Shown: positions 61,814 through 64,000 of the stretch, piece by piece | Position numbering within the stretch: position 1 is the first letter of the stretch | How the letters are laid out: each line of letters starts with the position of its first letter | Assembly: GCA_013239625.1 (NCBI GenBank) | Contig: MU054738.1 | Span: 7,163,855 to 7,227,854 of the forward strand | DNA length: 64,000 nt | DNA from: Lama guanicoe | Taxonomy: Eukaryota | Direction: 5' to 3' | Notes under the pieces: generated by a model | What the model was told of the DNA's origin: nothing | Seen by the model: the letters and a program-made list of their open reading frames with translations, nothing else | Database searches by the model: none | Program-made: the position numbers and the translations under genes

Positions 61814-61937
61814 CTTTTTCTTCACTTTCCTGGCTTCCGATTTTGACTTCAGACAAAAGAGCTTCCTTTTCTCGGAGAGCTTTCTGCTCTGTGAGATGCT
61901 GCCTGAGCAGGAGCCAGAAGGTGATGGTGAAAAGTAT
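61814..61937 (-). CDS. PIEZO2: PIEZO2 coding exon (~E14), ILFTITFWLLLRQHLTEQKALREKEALLSEVKIGSQESEEK
   Basis: Recognisable PIEZO2 peptide; cag|ATA acceptor, AAG|gtaact donor; 124 nt, phase 0->1. Confidence 0.96.
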
Positions 61938-62257
61938 CTGAAAGCGGAGAATTAGCAAGACATGCATTCACCCATCCGCAGTGTGAGGGTACTTCCTCAG
62001 TCACGACGCCTTCTCCACCTTTCAGTGGGAGCACAGCCAACCTTTCTCTCTGAGTTCGAGTCAGCCACCCCCGTGACTACAGCTCAAAGTCCCCAGCTTT
62101 TAAATCTCCTTCCCGAGGACGCCACATGCCCTCCGGTGCCAGGGGTTCCTTCAGCACCTGCGCGGCCCCGGGGAAAAAAACTTAATGATTTCAGGGAGCT
62201 TTGTTCTTCAGGGAATATAGGATCTGGCACACAGCAGCTTTTTTTTTTTCCCTAGAT

Positions 62258-62937
62258 TTATTAAGGTAGAATTCACATACCATACTACTCACCCATTTGC
62301 AGGGTACACGTTAGTGGTTTTTTGCATATTCACCACATAGTTGTGCAACCATCACTGCAATCAATTTTAGGATATTTTCATCCTCCCAAAAAGAAGGCCC
62401 ATAGCAGTCACCCTCTTTCCTCACCACCCCAGCCCCAGCCCCACACAACCACTAACGCACTTCTTGTTTCTACAGATTGCCTAGTCTGGACACTTAGTAG
62501 AAATAGAATTATGTAATATGCATTCTTTCATTCGTGGTTTATGTCACTTGGTATAATGTTCCCAAGGTTTACCCGTGTCATAGCATGACTGCTGCTCTAT
62601 TCCTTCTTATTGCCAAGTAAGATTCCATTGCATGCAGAGAATACTTATCTACTCACCAGCTGATGCGCGTTCGGGACTTTTTTGGCTGTTACAAGCACAA
62701 TTTTTTTGTCTGGACTTGTTTTCTGTGCTCGTTGGTACGCACACCTAGCAGTGGAACTGCTGAGTCTTACGGTAACTTTAGGTTAACGTTCTGAGCAACT
62801 GACGAGCTGTTTTCCACCACTTTTATTTCCCCACCAGCACGTGCGCCCCTCCAGTTTCTTGATTTCCTCACTGACATTTCTGACTGTCTTTTTGATTCAG
62901 GCCATCCTAGCGAGTGTGAAGCGGTATCTCACTGTGG
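62258..62937 (-). mobile_element. LINE-1 3' end (L1MB-type), sense to PIEZO2
   Basis: tttatt.aggta.aattcacatacca...ttgtgcaaccatcac...attttcatc.cccaaaaaga...gccatcctag.gagtgtgaagcggtatctcactgtggt. Confidence 0.8.
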
Positions 62938-63668
62938 TCCACAGTATGATTTCAAAAAATATTTGCCAAAGAAATGAAAAAATAAACAGACTCACAGACG
63001 GGTCATTTTCATTTTGAGTAACTGCCCACTATACTACCCATAAATGTCCATTAGCTGTTTCCCTTCAATGTGAACCAGTGCCAGTAAGTCCTGGTAAACA
63101 CGCTCAGTCAAGAACCAAAGGGCTCAGACTTCCGGAAACCTGGGATTAAACTTCTGGAAGCCACAACAAATTGAACTGTAGCTGCAATTTGGGTGGAAAA
63201 TGCTGCTTCTAGCATGTTTACAGAGCCTAGGAGTAACTTGGGGTGGACAGGACATCTTTCCCAGGGACAGTGGGTTAAAAGCCAGGCTTTGAAGGCAGCA
63301 GCTGACTACGACTTGATGGAGCCAGAAAGGAGGTGCCCCGGGAGGCGGAAGGGTGCTGCCGGGCTGCTGAGTCTGGCCCCGCTGGACGTGTTCAGACCCC
63401 GAGGACCTGGGCCACACTCTTTCTTTCTCTCACTTTCTATTCCAGTGGCCCACCCAGCACTCTGCAAACAGCGGGTGTTTAATAATGTGCCCTGACAGAC
63501 GTCACCGTGCTAGAGATTGTATCAGCTTCGAGTTTGCTGCTATCACAATGCAAAGCCTTGTACCTTTTTTTTAGCTCCTGAGCACCTGAAAATGTAAGTG
63601 CAGACTCTAATTTCCCTACAATTTTTTTTTACATGTAGCAAATGTATTTCTCCTAAAATGTTTCCTCT

Positions 63669-63728
63669 AGGTTCAATCTCCAGTGCCTCCTCTAAAAATA
63701 AATAAGTAAACCTAATTACTCCCCTCTT
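63669..63728 (+). mobile_element. 3' half of a Vic-1-like SINE
   Basis: ggttcaatctccagtgcctcctctaaaaataaataagtaaacctaattactcccc. Confidence 0.7.
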
Positions 63729-63906
63729 CAAAATCTAAAATGTTTCCTCCCCAAAGAATTGTTAATTTTAGATTAGACAGAAGGTCCTTCAACTAGCTAG
63801 TTAGCATGCGTGTTTAAATGTCTCACTGATGTTCTGAGTCATGGATTTACACAGTCAAAAGTATGAGGTTTTCAATTTCTCGTGTAGAAAGAGATGAACT
63901 TAGCAG

Positions 63907-63909
<3 letters not shown>

Positions 63910-63938
<29 letters not shown>
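63910..63938. repeat. (GT)n microsatellite
   Basis: tgtgtgtgtgtgtgtgtgtgtgtgtgtgt. Confidence 0.95.
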
Positions 63939-63940
<2 letters not shown>

Positions 63941-64000
63941 AAGACGGAGAGGTGGAAGGAAGGCGTGTCAGAGCAGGTGACTCGTGAGCAAGAGTCTGAT

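Overview
Mammalian genomic DNA, most likely a camelid (tRNA-derived Vic-1-type SINEs). The whole window is the middle of the mechanosensitive channel gene PIEZO2 on the minus strand. I reconstructed 30 coding exons by hand (61937 to 1007; 4584 nt, 1528 codons). They have consistent splice phases and GT-AG boundaries, apart from one GC-AG intron. They match exons ~14-43 in the numbering where the known cassette exons are E18, E19, E33, E35 and E40, and all five cassettes are intact. The introns carry L1, L2, MIR, MER, LTR and SINE remnants and a 3.3-kb minisatellite that switches from a 45-bp monomer to an 89-bp dimer. I see no prokaryote-type system (CRISPR, operon etc.), and nearly all ORFs in the track are spurious products of GC-rich DNA. 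The best candidate for something undescribed is a hidden splicing layer of exon-like units that I do not recognise from the reference protein. These are an in-frame 18-nt microexon (IPWKFQ) just before the lateral-plug exon E33 and two stop/frameshift (poison or fossil) exons on either side of E40. They are predicted from splice signals only and need RNA-seq and conservation checks. Comparisons with human PIEZO2 and repeat consensus sequences are from memory, not from searches.
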